Shown: one piece after another, positions 45,905 to 54,357 of the stretch
How the letters are laid out: each line of letters begins with the position of its first letter
How positions within the stretch are numbered: position 1 is the first letter of the stretch
Assembly (NCBI GenBank): GCA_045596965.1
Contig: JAZODI010000029.1
Span: 20,779-84,778, forward strand
DNA length: 64,000 nucleotides
Origin: Eubacteriales bacterium
GTDB taxonomy: Bacteria; Bacillota; Clostridia; Oscillospirales; QAKW01
Direction of reading: 5' to 3'
Notes under the pieces: generated by a model
The model's database searches: none
The model's input: only the letters and a program-made list of their open reading frames with translations
What the model was told of the DNA's origin: nothing
Position numbers and translations under genes: made by a program

Positions 45905-48516
45905 GCTTTGCATATCCTGAGCAAGAGATTAAAGCACTCCGTAACATCTCCTTTGAGGTTAGTCAGGGTGAGTTTTTAATTCTTTGCGGCCCGTCGGGTT
46001 GCGGAAAGTCTACCTTGCTCCGCCACCTTAAAACTTGCCTAACTCCTCACGGCGTTTTGACGGGTGAAATACTGTTTGATGGGAAACCGCTTGGCGAAAT
46101 CGACGAGCGTACACAGTCGCAGGAAATTGGCTTTGTTTTGCAATCTTCCGAAAATCAGGTGGTTACAGATAAGGTGTGGCACGAGCTGGCTTTTGGTTTG
46201 GAAAGCTTGGGTTTTGATACACCTACCATTCGCCGCCGTGTAGCAGAGGTTGCCGCTTTCTTTGGAATTGAGAATTGGTTTTATAAAAACGTTACCGAGC
46301 TTTCGGGCGGACAAAAACAACTATTAAGTTTGGCTTCGGTTATGGCGATGAGTCCGAAAATCTTGGTACTTGATGAACCTACCGCACAGCTTGATCCCAT
46401 CGCCGCCGCAGACTTTTTGGCGCTCCTCGGCAAGATCAACCGTGAACTTGGTATAACTATCATTTTGACCGAGCACCGTTTGGAAGAAGCGTTCCCCTTT
46501 TCTACAAGAGTCATTGTAATGGAAAAGGGTGAAATCGTTTGTGACGATGCACCTGAAAAGGTCGGGTTGCATCTTCGTGATAAAGACAGCGGTATGTTTC
46601 TTGCAATGCCTACTGCTATGCGGGTGTGGGCGGGGATTGAAACGGATCTTGCCTGTCCTCTGACTGTACGAGACGGTAGTGATTTTTTAACCGCAAGAAA
46701 CAAGGAGAAAGAAATATTACCGCTTGTAGCAAAACAAAAGCATACATATAGCGACGAAATCACCTTGCAATGCGATGAAATATGGTTTCGTTACGAAAAA
46801 AACCTGCCCGATGTGGTGAAAGGCTTTTCGCTGACCTTACATAAGGGTGAGTTTTATGCTATCCTCGGCGGTAACGGTGCGGGTAAAACCACCTCACTTA
46901 AAGTAATTTCGGGATTACAATCGGCGTATCGTGGAACGGTAACTACAAACGGCAAAGTTGGAATGCTGCCCCAAAATCCGCAGGTACTTTTCGTTAAAAG
47001 AACGGTGCGTGAGGATTTGTATGAAGCTCTGCGTGCCGTTAAACTTTCCAAAGAGGAAAAGGATACTCAAGTTGCCCGTGTAGTTGCTTTGTGTTCGCTT
47101 CACGATTTCCTTGACCGCCATCCTTATGATATTTCGGGCGGCGAGCAGCAAAGAACCGCACTTGCGAAAGTACTTCTGACCGCACCGGATATTCTACTCT
47201 TAGACGAGCCTACAAAGGGCTTCGATGCAGAGTTCAAGGTAACCTTTGCGGATATACTAAATAAACTGACAAAACAAGGGATTACTGTTCTTATGGTAAG
47301 CCACGACGTACCGTTCTGTGCCAAGTATGCTCACCATTGCGGTATGTTCTTTGATGGCAACATTGTAGCGGAAGGCACTCCCTGTGAGTTCTTTTCGGGC
47401 AACAGTTTCTATACCACTCCTGCAAACCGTATGGCACGACATTTGATTCCAGACGCTGTAACGGTGGAAGACATTATAACTTGTTGTGGTGGAACAGTGA
47501 CGAAATCCGAAACAGAAGCAGAAATTCTTCCTTTGCCCGAACCGACACCGAGAAGCGTGAATTTTAAACCGCAACCTTTGAAACTGTGGAGAAAAATACT
47601 TGCACTTGTATCAGGACTTGTGCCATTCGGTGTGTTCCTTTATGCAACAGGTATAACCGATCTGTCTGCCCTTGTAAATTCTTCGGGCACCAGTTCACAG
47701 GGTGAGGAACAGTTATCGTTGTATATCGTTTTGTTTGCGGCACTGACAGTGTTTTTATTGGCTATCGGACGGCGAAGCGAGCCACCTTTGGTGCAAACCC
47801 CAAAAGAAAAACGGAATCTCAGCAAACGCACCATAATGGCAACTGTTTGTATTTTGCTACTCATACCTCTTACGATTTTTGCGGGTATTTTCTATATGGA
47901 TGATCGGCAGTACAATCTGATTGCGCTTTTGATACTTTTTGAGTGTATGCTTCCGTTTATTCTTGTTTTTGAGGGCAGAAAACCGAAAGCGAGAGAGCTT
48001 GTTACCATTGCTGTTCTTTGCGCTATCGGCATTGCAGGAAGAAGTCTGTTCTTTATGTTGCCGCAGTTCAAACCTGTACTTGCTCTCACCATTATCGCGG
48101 GTGTTGCCTTTGGGGGAGAAGCGGGATTTTTGGTGGGAGCCGTCACGATGCTTACCTCTAATATGCTTTTCTCGCAAGGCCCCTGGACTCCCTGGCAGAT
48201 GTTTGCAATGGGTATTATCGGTTTTCTTGCCGGCGTGTTATTCAAAAAAGGATGGCTTCGCAGAACTCGTGTGTCTCTTGCGGTGTTCGGTGCATTTACC
48301 GCTATCATTATCTACGGCGGTATTATGAACCCTGCTGCCGCTTTTATGGTATCGTCAGAGGGTATCACATTAAAAACCTTGTTTTCCTATTATATTACAG
48401 GACTGCCGATGGATCTTGTTCACGCTTTCGGAACGGTGATTTTCATTATGTTCGCCGCAGAACCAATGCTTGAAAAGATGGATAGAATCAAGGTTAAATA
48501 TGGTTTAGTGGAATAA
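45877..48516 (+). CDS. triple fusion: tandem ECF ATPases (EcfA-EcfA') plus a C-terminal polytopic ECF S-component-like membrane domain
   Basis: Two ABC modules ('GPSGCGKST...LSGGQKQ...LDEPT' and 'GGNGAGKTT...ISGGEQQ...LDEPT'), then about 320 aa with about 9 hydrophobic helices. The ORF opens at 45835; the ATG at 45877 follows 'gaaggagg'. Confidence 0.85.
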   Translation: MENFSFKNVSFAYPEQEIKALRNISFEVSQGEFLILCGPSGCGKSTLLRHLKTCLTPHGVLTGEILFDGKPLGEIDERTQSQEIGFVLQSSENQVVTDKVWHELAFGLESLGFDTPTIRRRVAEVAAFFGIENWFYKNVTELSGGQKQLLSLASVMAMSPKILVLDEPTAQLDPIAAADFLALLGKINRELGITIILTEHRLEEAFPFSTRVIVMEKGEIVCDDAPEKVGLHLRDKDSGMFLAMPTAMRVWAGIETDLACPLTVRDGSDFLTARNKEKEILPLVAKQKHTYSDEITLQCDEIWFRYEKNLPDVVKGFSLTLHKGEFYAILGGNGAGKTTSLKVISGLQSAYRGTVTTNGKVGMLPQNPQVLFVKRTVREDLYEALRAVKLSKEEKDTQVARVVALCSLHDFLDRHPYDISGGEQQRTALAKVLLTAPDILLLDEPTKGFDAEFKVTFADILNKLTKQGITVLMVSHDVPFCAKYAHHCGMFFDGNIVAEGTPCEFFSGNSFYTTPANRMARHLIPDAVTVEDIITCCGGTVTKSETEAEILPLPEPTPRSVNFKPQPLKLWRKILALVSGLVPFGVFLYATGITDLSALVNSSGTSSQGEEQLSLYIVLFAALTVFLLAIGRRSEPPLVQTPKEKRNLSKRTIMATVCILLLIPLTIFAGIFYMDDRQYNLIALLILFECMLPFILVFEGRKPKARELVTIAVLCAIGIAGRSLFFMLPQFKPVLALTIIAGVAFGGEAGFLVGAVTMLTSNMLFSQGPWTPWQMFAMGIIGFLAGVLFKKGWLRRTRVSLAVFGAFTAIIIYGGIMNPAAAFMVSSEGITLKTLFSYYITGLPMDLVHAFGTVIFIMFAAEPMLEKMDRIKVKYGLVE

Positions 48517-48538
48517 TAGAAAGGATAATGTATCAGCG

Positions 48539-48769
48539 ATGGAAAATTGTTCATCATTTTTCAGAAACATAAATTGTGATAAATTCCCTTGTCACAAGAT
48601 CGAAAACGAAGAGGATTTTAATTGCTTGTTTTGCTACTGTCCTCTTTACCATTTGGAAAATTGTGGAGGTAATTACAGTTTTACTAAAAATGGCATTAAG
48701 GATTGTTCCAACTGCACCTTACCGCATAAAGCGAATAATTATGATTTTATAATTTCAAAACTCAAATAA
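48539..48769 (+). CDS. cysteine-rich small protein (resembles the cobalamin-pathway-associated 'cysteine-rich small domain')
   Basis: 76 aa with 9 Cys, including 'FNCLFCYCPLYHLENCGG' and 'KDCSNCTLPH'. Confidence 0.65.
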   Translation: MENCSSFFRNINCDKFPCHKIENEEDFNCLFCYCPLYHLENCGGNYSFTKNGIKDCSNCTLPHKANNYDFIISKLK

Positions 48770-48830
48770 ATATATAACGATCCGCCTTAGGCGCATGTAA
48801 TCAGTTCCATATTACGAACAAAGCGTTGCA

Positions 48831-48859
48831 TTGATTTTTCACCGCTTTTATGTTATAAT
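48831..48859 (+). promoter_or_regulatory. sigma-A promoter (copy 3 of the promoter module)
   Basis: TTGATT, 17-nt spacer, TATAAT. Confidence 0.5.
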
Positions 48860-48915
48860 ACACCTAAGGCGGTTATTTTTTGGATTTTATTGTAGAATTC
48901 TTGTTGACTTTTTGG

Positions 48916-49151
48916 ATGGAAATGGCTACGCAAATTATGCCGCGAAAAAGTAGTAAAAGGCAACGTTTACTGCAAAAAGTATTATCGTTTTATTAATCAT
49001 TTATATTATCATTGCTTTCGTTTCAGGATGCATTATGTTGAGTAACGAATTTGGGTCAAGAGGCATAGCAACTGCATTAATTGCCACATCTGTTATCGTT
49101 TTTCTTTCTCAAATAGTTTTAGGAATTGTTTTTCATTATAAAAATAAGTAG
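48916..49151 (+). pseudogene. possible frameshifted small two-TM membrane protein gene
   Basis: ATG frame 48916-48996 ('MEMATQIMPRKSSKRQ...'). A second frame is open from 48957 to 49151 and encodes 'SIIVLLIIYIIIAFVSGCIM...IATALIATSVIVFLSQIVLGIVF' without an upstream ATG. The junction lies in A-runs. Confidence 0.3.
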
Positions 49152-49196
49152 AATATAAGGTGACATAGTCTTTATTCACAGCGAAGGAGAACAACT

Positions 49197-50264
49197 GTGG
49201 AACAGCGGATCAAAGCCATTCAAAATGAGTTACAACAAGGGGAGGGGGTTCTGGTCAACCATGCCCCTAATCGACTTTATTTAACTGGTTTTTCATCATC
49301 GGCAGGAATCCTTTTAATCACTAAAAATTCCTGCGATTTTTTGATTGATTTTCGTTACTTTGAAAAAGCGCAAAGCGTTATAAAACATTGCAAGGTTCAT
49401 TTAGCAAACCGCATGGCAACGCAGCTCAAAGAGCTGACAGAGCAACACAGCATCAAGACGCTTTATATTGAGACATCCTATGCAACAGTAAACGATCTAC
49501 AATGTTTCAAAAGTATTTTGCCTGATTGCATCATCTCAACAGAAGATAAATTGGATCAAAAGATACTCTCTCTACGTAGCATTAAAACCCAAAGCGAGAT
49601 CGAAAACATCAAAAAAGCGCAAGCAATTACCGACGAAACCTTTGCATATATCTTAGATCAGATCTACGTTGGCAAAACAGAACGGGAAATCATGCTGGAC
49701 ATGGAGTTTTATTTAAGAAAGCAGGGGAGTAGTGGCGTTGCCTTTGATTTCGTTGTTGTTTCCGGCAAAAATTCTTCCTTGCCCCACGGAGTTCCTACTA
49801 ATAAAACAATCCAATCCGGTGATTTTATAACAATGGATTTTGGCGCTGTTATAAATGGATACCGATCGGATATGACGAGAACGATTGCAATAGGGGATGT
49901 TACCAAAGAGCAAAAATTTGTTTATGACACGGTTTTAGAGGCACAAAAGCTTGCGCTTAATGCCATCAAGCCAGATGCTGTATGTAAAGAAATAGACCGC
50001 GTAGCGCGCGATTTCATTTATCAAGAGGGCTTTGAGGGATGCTTTGGTCATGGTTTGGGGCATAGTGTGGGGATTGAGATCCATGAAAACCCTTCCTTTA
50101 ACACCTCTGATCAAACATCGATAAAACCCGGAATGGTAATAACTGTTGAACCGGGAATTTATTTACCCGGGCAATTTGGGGTCCGCATAGAGGATATGGT
50201 TGCCATCACCGATGATGGTTTTGAAAATCTGACAAAATCACCCAAGGAATTAATTCAATTATAA
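49197..50264 (+). CDS. pepP: Xaa-Pro aminopeptidase (M24B family)
   Basis: 355 aa. 'DFGAVINGYRSDMTRT', 'HGLGHSVGIEIHE', 'EPGIY...GVRIED'. GTG start. Confidence 0.9.
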   Translation: MEQRIKAIQNELQQGEGVLVNHAPNRLYLTGFSSSAGILLITKNSCDFLIDFRYFEKAQSVIKHCKVHLANRMATQLKELTEQHSIKTLYIETSYATVNDLQCFKSILPDCIISTEDKLDQKILSLRSIKTQSEIENIKKAQAITDETFAYILDQIYVGKTEREIMLDMEFYLRKQGSSGVAFDFVVVSGKNSSLPHGVPTNKTIQSGDFITMDFGAVINGYRSDMTRTIAIGDVTKEQKFVYDTVLEAQKLALNAIKPDAVCKEIDRVARDFIYQEGFEGCFGHGLGHSVGIEIHENPSFNTSDQTSIKPGMVITVEPGIYLPGQFGVRIEDMVAITDDGFENLTKSPKELIQL

Positions 50265-50296
50265 AAAAATGCAGCGAATAATCGCTGCATTTTTTA
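50264..50296. terminator. bidirectional terminator shared by pepP and the integrase gene
   Basis: Stem 'gcagcga'/'tcgctgc' flanked by A7 and T5 runs. Overlaps the integrase stop codon. Confidence 0.75.
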
Positions 50297-51277
50297 TTCA
50301 TCATTTGATTTCTTGCGATGCATTTTAGAAAGGGGATTGCTCATGGAAGCCTCTTTAATGGATTCGCTGTCTACATGGGTATAAATTTGGGTTGTCCCCA
50401 AATTTTCATGGCCGAGAATTTCTTGCAAAACGCGGATATCCACATGCCCATGGCGATGCATCAATGTAGCTGCCGTATGGCGTAGTTTATGGGTTGATAG
50501 ATTCTTATCATCCAAACCGGCTATTTTAAGATACTTTTCAACTAAATTCTGAACTGCACGGCGGGAAATGCGTGATTTATTGCGGCTGATAAATAGCGCC
50601 TCCGGGTCTTTTAAACCTTCTTTAGGGCGTTCGTTGGCAATATAATCATCCAACGCCTCTCGGCAGGCTTGATTCAAATGGATTGTCCGCTGTTTGTTGC
50701 CCTTGCCGGTGATTACCACATATTCATTCTTAATATCTTTAATATTGAGTGAAACCAGCTCTGCGAGGCGCATTCCACAATTTAAGAATAAAGTGATAAT
50801 AGCATAATCCCTGCGGCTTTTGCGGACTGCCGACAATAACTCAGTGCTTTCTTCCAGTGTTAGATATTTCGGCAAGGTCTTGGAGAGGGAAGGGGTCTGA
50901 ACATTTTCCATCGGGTTGGTTTTTAAATGATGCATACGCTGAGTCATGTATTTAAAATAGACCCGAAGGGTAGACATTTTTCGCGCAATGGTTCTGGACC
51001 CGTTTCCGCGCTTTTCACGACAAAAATAAAAATAGTCGTAAATATCTTCCAACGTGATGGAGGCAACAAAATCAACGCCCAATTCATGGATGGAAACATC
51101 GTGAAGTTTTGTCTGAGGAGAAAGTTTTTCTTTTTTTATTTTCATAAAACGAAAAAAGTTCTCCAGATCCAGAAGATATTCGTATGTAGTTGTCTTTGAT
51201 TTGCCCAAAACGACCTCGAGATAGAAAATAAAGTCTTTGAGCGTCTGGGGAAGGCCATCATAGTTAATCAAAATCAT
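50294..51277 (-). CDS. tyrosine-type site-specific recombinase/integrase (XerC/D-like)
   Basis: 327 aa. 'GMRLAEL', 'HKLRHTAATLM', 'LGHENLGTTQIYTHV' give the R..HxxR..Y catalytic set. Confidence 0.9.
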   Translation of the reverse strand: MILINYDGLPQTLKDFIFYLEVVLGKSKTTTYEYLLDLENFFRFMKIKKEKLSPQTKLHDVSIHELGVDFVASITLEDIYDYFYFCREKRGNGSRTIARKMSTLRVYFKYMTQRMHHLKTNPMENVQTPSLSKTLPKYLTLEESTELLSAVRKSRRDYAIITLFLNCGMRLAELVSLNIKDIKNEYVVITGKGNKQRTIHLNQACREALDDYIANERPKEGLKDPEALFISRNKSRISRRAVQNLVEKYLKIAGLDDKNLSTHKLRHTAATLMHRHGHVDIRVLQEILGHENLGTTQIYTHVDSESIKEASMSNPLSKMHRKKSNDE

Positions 51278-51339
51278 TCAACTCCTATTCAATATTTAAC
51301 TGCACAAAATGAATATTTTGTGTAGTTGGGGGGATATGT

Positions 51340-51969
51340 GTGCCAAGGTATTATAATGTATGTGCTATATCATATGCGCCGAGAGATATAATTAAAAATG
51401 CTCTTGAATCGCATTTGGATTTGATTAAGGGGTATTCGTATATTCGGCATGATAAATTCTCTGATGCCGAGTTAAATGATGATGGTACTGAACCTGAACC
51501 ACATTATCACATAGTAATTAGATTTTGGAAACAAATTTCTTTATCTACTGTTAAGCGTTGGTTTTGGTGCCTTGATGATAATGGTGTCGTAAATACCCAT
51601 GTTCAGCGGTGTACTGATGTTATAGGTCAGTATGAATATTTGATACATAAGTATGACCCTGATAAATATCAATATTCGGTTGATGATCGCTTTGTATACA
51701 ATAAAATGTATTTTGAGGTTGAAGATCAAGTCGAGGCAGATTCTGCTTTCCTTGCCCTTCAAATGGCTCTTGTAGATACTGATCCCTATGTTATCGCTCG
51801 CCGTTTTGGTAAAGATTTTATTTACCATCAACGCGATATATATGAGTTAAGAGATCGTATAAATGTATTTCATGCCGATAGGACATGCTTGCATTTACAC
51901 GATGAAATTAAGAAAGGAGTTAATGATGCCGTATCCATAGTTAAAATGCCTAAATTTGAATTGAGGTAA
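51340..51969 (+). CDS. HUH-superfamily rolling-circle replication initiator (Rep)
   Basis: 209 aa. HUH motif 'PHYHIVIRF', Tyr motif 'QYEYLIHKYD'. GTG start. Confidence 0.7.
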   Translation: MPRYYNVCAISYAPRDIIKNALESHLDLIKGYSYIRHDKFSDAELNDDGTEPEPHYHIVIRFWKQISLSTVKRWFWCLDDNGVVNTHVQRCTDVIGQYEYLIHKYDPDKYQYSVDDRFVYNKMYFEVEDQVEADSAFLALQMALVDTDPYVIARRFGKDFIYHQRDIYELRDRINVFHADRTCLHLHDEIKKGVNDAVSIVKMPKFELR

Positions 51970-52036
51970 GACAGATGAAAATTTTTAGACACTTAATTTA
52001 TTATGTTATCAATCAAGTTTTATGGAGGTTTAAAAA

Positions 52037-52276
52037 ATGTTTAAAGTTATTGGTAAGGCTCATTATTCGGTAAATTATGAGGGTAAAACCTATGATAAAA
52101 TTCGGTACACCCTTGAGTTAACGGATTTACCGAAAAGTATTAAAGATCGTGAAGGTGTTATTGCTGATACTGTTTGTGTAAAGCAAAACGACTTTAACGA
52201 TCTTCCGCAAATTGGCGATTCCGTCAATGTTTCCTATAATCGCTTTGGGAAGCCTGATGTTATTATCGTAGTTTAA
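52037..52276 (+). CDS. small phage protein; ssDNA-binding (gV-like) role suggested by position only
   Basis: 79 aa, beta-rich. Lies between Rep and the coat gene as in the canonical inovirus order. Confidence 0.5.
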   Translation: MFKVIGKAHYSVNYEGKTYDKIRYTLELTDLPKSIKDREGVIADTVCVKQNDFNDLPQIGDSVNVSYNRFGKPDVIIVV

Positions 52277-52293
52277 AGAAAGGAGAATGCCTT

Positions 52294-52479
52294 ATGGCTG
52301 AAGGTGCTATGACTGCTTTGCTGTCCAGTATTACTGAGTTTGGTACTGCTGCTATCGGTTGGATGGGTGATATTTTCGCTGAGGTTAACTCTGAACCTGC
52401 CCTCCTGATCATGGTCATTGCAATTCCCATCTTTGGTGTTGCAATTGGCTATTTGAATCGGCTGTTCCGACTCGGCTAA
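52294..52479 (+). CDS. putative inovirus major coat protein
   Basis: 61 aa. Amphipathic N-terminus, hydrophobic core 'ALLIMVIAIPIFGVAIGYL', basic C-terminus 'NRLFRLG'. Strong RBS and a terminator directly downstream. Confidence 0.6.
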   Translation: MAEGAMTALLSSITEFGTAAIGWMGDIFAEVNSEPALLIMVIAIPIFGVAIGYLNRLFRLG

Positions 52480-52493
52480 TATACCCCTCCTCT

Positions 52494-52531
52494 GGGCGGG
52501 GCGGAGTCCCTTCCGCTCTGCCCTATTTTTA
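52494..52531 (+). terminator. terminator immediately after the coat gene
   Basis: 11-bp G/C stem 'gggcggggcgg'/'ccgctctgccc' (two G-T pairs) plus a T-rich tail. Confidence 0.6.
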
Positions 52532-52546
52532 TTTAAGGAGTGTATT

Positions 52547-53542
52547 ATGAAGAAAAAATATTTAATACCTATTATTTCTATTATTTTAGTTTTTTGTTTC
52601 TCATTTTCTACTTTTGCTTTGTCCTCATATAATTACACATTAAAGGATTATTTAGGTTTAAATGGTTCGTCTATTTATGCTTATAGAAGATCTCAAAATG
52701 GAGTTTCTTACGGTGCTAATTATCAATGGGATTCAAATTATTCGTTGCGTATTTTTACGCCTGGTAGTGATTCTCCTGCCAATACTGCATACGGGCTTGA
52801 TGTGCGGTCAAGTTTTAATGGCGGTGATACTTCTCCCATTCTTGATTTTAATAATAATGATGTTATTATTTTTTCTGCCCCTCGTTTACGCTATGAGTAT
52901 ACGACTACAAGCACTACGAAACCCTCTCAAGCCTTTTTTATTCTTGACATAACTTTTGGTTTTCGTGATAAAAATGGTGATTTGTATGATGTTCAAATGT
53001 ATAATTCACGCGCTTCATCTACGTATTTAGATAATGGAACTGTTGCTGTTCATTTTGATGATGTCAAGTTTGATTATAGTGTACCTATTAATTATGTATC
53101 TCTTGAATATATGCGCTTTGAGATTAGAGCTGTTGTTTTGGGAACTGCGGCTGGTAGTGATGTTGTTTTAGCATCTTCTGATAATGTTCTTTTTTATGTT
53201 GGTGGTCGTTCCGATGCTCCATTATATGATGGTGCTGACACATCAACTACAGATCGTTTTCATGATGTTGAACAGGGACTTTTGAATGATACACAAGGTG
53301 GTCGCGATCAATCTATTTCTATTTTAGAAGGTGGAATGAATGCTTTTAAATCTGCGCTTGGTATTGCAGAAGGTACTCTTGCCGTAAGTGCTTTGTTTAG
53401 TAGTGTTATTAATGGCATTGGTTTGCAACCTCTGCTCTATATTTCACTTGCGCTTGGTATGTTTGCTTTTATTGTTGGTATGAGCTCTTTGATAATTTCA
53501 CGCGCTGGCAAGGGTAATTCAGTTAAAAAGAAAGGTGGTTAA
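52547..53542 (+). CDS. putative minor coat / receptor-binding protein (gIII-like)
   Basis: 331 aa. Signal peptide 'IISIILVFCFSFSTFA', C-terminal TM 'LALGMFAFIVGMSSLII' and basic tail. Confidence 0.55.
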   Translation: MKKKYLIPIISIILVFCFSFSTFALSSYNYTLKDYLGLNGSSIYAYRRSQNGVSYGANYQWDSNYSLRIFTPGSDSPANTAYGLDVRSSFNGGDTSPILDFNNNDVIIFSAPRLRYEYTTTSTTKPSQAFFILDITFGFRDKNGDLYDVQMYNSRASSTYLDNGTVAVHFDDVKFDYSVPINYVSLEYMRFEIRAVVLGTAAGSDVVLASSDNVLFYVGGRSDAPLYDGADTSTTDRFHDVEQGLLNDTQGGRDQSISILEGGMNAFKSALGIAEGTLAVSALFSSVINGIGLQPLLYISLALGMFAFIVGMSSLIISRAGKGNSVKKKGG

Positions 53543-53544
53543 TA

Positions 53545-53763
53545 ATGGGCTTTTTTGATTCTGTTATAGATTTTTTTACGTCTATATGGACGTTTATTAC
53601 TAATTTTGTTCAAAGCCTTATTACTGCGATATTGCTTCTTTCTCAATCTATTTCGCTAACCACTTATTTAACAGCATATGTCTTTCCTTTGTTGGGATCT
53701 TGCATTATTGCGGTAGCTGCTGTTGCTGCAATTAAACTTATTGTAGGTTGGGGGAATCAGTAA
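53545..53763 (+). CDS. small phage membrane protein (gVI-like)
   Basis: 72 aa with two hydrophobic helices. Translationally coupled to its neighbours. Confidence 0.5.
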   Translation: MGFFDSVIDFFTSIWTFITNFVQSLITAILLLSQSISLTTYLTAYVFPLLGSCIIAVAAVAAIKLIVGWGNQ

Positions 53764-53933
53764 TGTATCAATTTTTCGAATATATGATTTATCTTATGGA
53801 TTCGTTTATCAAATTCTATCAGTCCTTTTCTTTTGAAATTGGTGGAATGACTATCAATTATTTTTCTCTTATTCTCGGTTTTCTTGTTACAGGTTTTGTT
53901 ATATCGGTATTTTGGAAAGGAGCGCGTACATGA
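53763..53933 (+). CDS. small phage membrane protein
   Basis: ATG overlaps the upstream TAA. 'INYFSLILGFLVTGFVISVFW'. The ORF opens at 53748. Confidence 0.45.
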   Translation: MYQFFEYMIYLMDSFIKFYQSFSFEIGGMTINYFSLILGFLVTGFVISVFWKGART

Positions 53934-54040
53934 TTATATTAGCATGTTTACCTATCTTTTTGCAAGGGTTTAATTATATCTTTGCCGTTTTCTTTCTTAT
54001 GCTGATTTTTGGTTTTATTTATAAACTTATTAGGGGGTAA
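53930..54040 (+). CDS. tiny phage membrane protein (36 aa)
   Basis: ATGA overlap with the upstream stop. 'MIILACLPIFLQGFNYIFAVFFLMLIFGFIYKLIRG'. Not in the supplied ORF track (under 60 aa). Confidence 0.35.
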   Translation: MIILACLPIFLQGFNYIFAVFFLMLIFGFIYKLIRG

Positions 54041-54042
54041 TT

Positions 54043-54117
54043 ATGTCATTACAAGTAATTTTACTTATGGCTATATTTGCCGTTTTGTGTATTTCTGTAT
54101 TTGTAAGGGGTGAATGA
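54043..54117 (+). CDS. tiny phage membrane protein (24 aa)
   Basis: 'MSLQVILLMAIFAVLCISVFVRGE'. Not in the supplied ORF track. Confidence 0.3.
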   Translation: MSLQVILLMAIFAVLCISVFVRGE

Positions 54118-54301
54118 TATGCAAACAGTTTTAGAGGCTCTGCGATCTATTCTTGGTGAACCCGATTTTTATAAGCGTTTAACTGATACCTCAAATTATA
54201 CTTGGGATTACGGTGCCATGATTGAATATCTTTGCGGTGCTATTATTCTCATGATCGTTGTAAGTTCGGTTTTTCGTTTAGTGTCCAAAATGTTTAAATA
54301 A
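54110..54301 (+). CDS. small phage membrane protein
   Basis: 63 aa (or ATG at 54119). C-terminal TM 'LCGAIILMIVVSSVF'. Confidence 0.45.
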   Translation: MNDMQTVLEALRSILGEPDFYKRLTDTSNYTWDYGAMIEYLCGAIILMIVVSSVFRLVSKMFK

Positions 54302-54357
54302 AATGGAATCCCCCGCAGCATGACTGCGGGGATTCCATTATCGAGGAGGAATTATTT

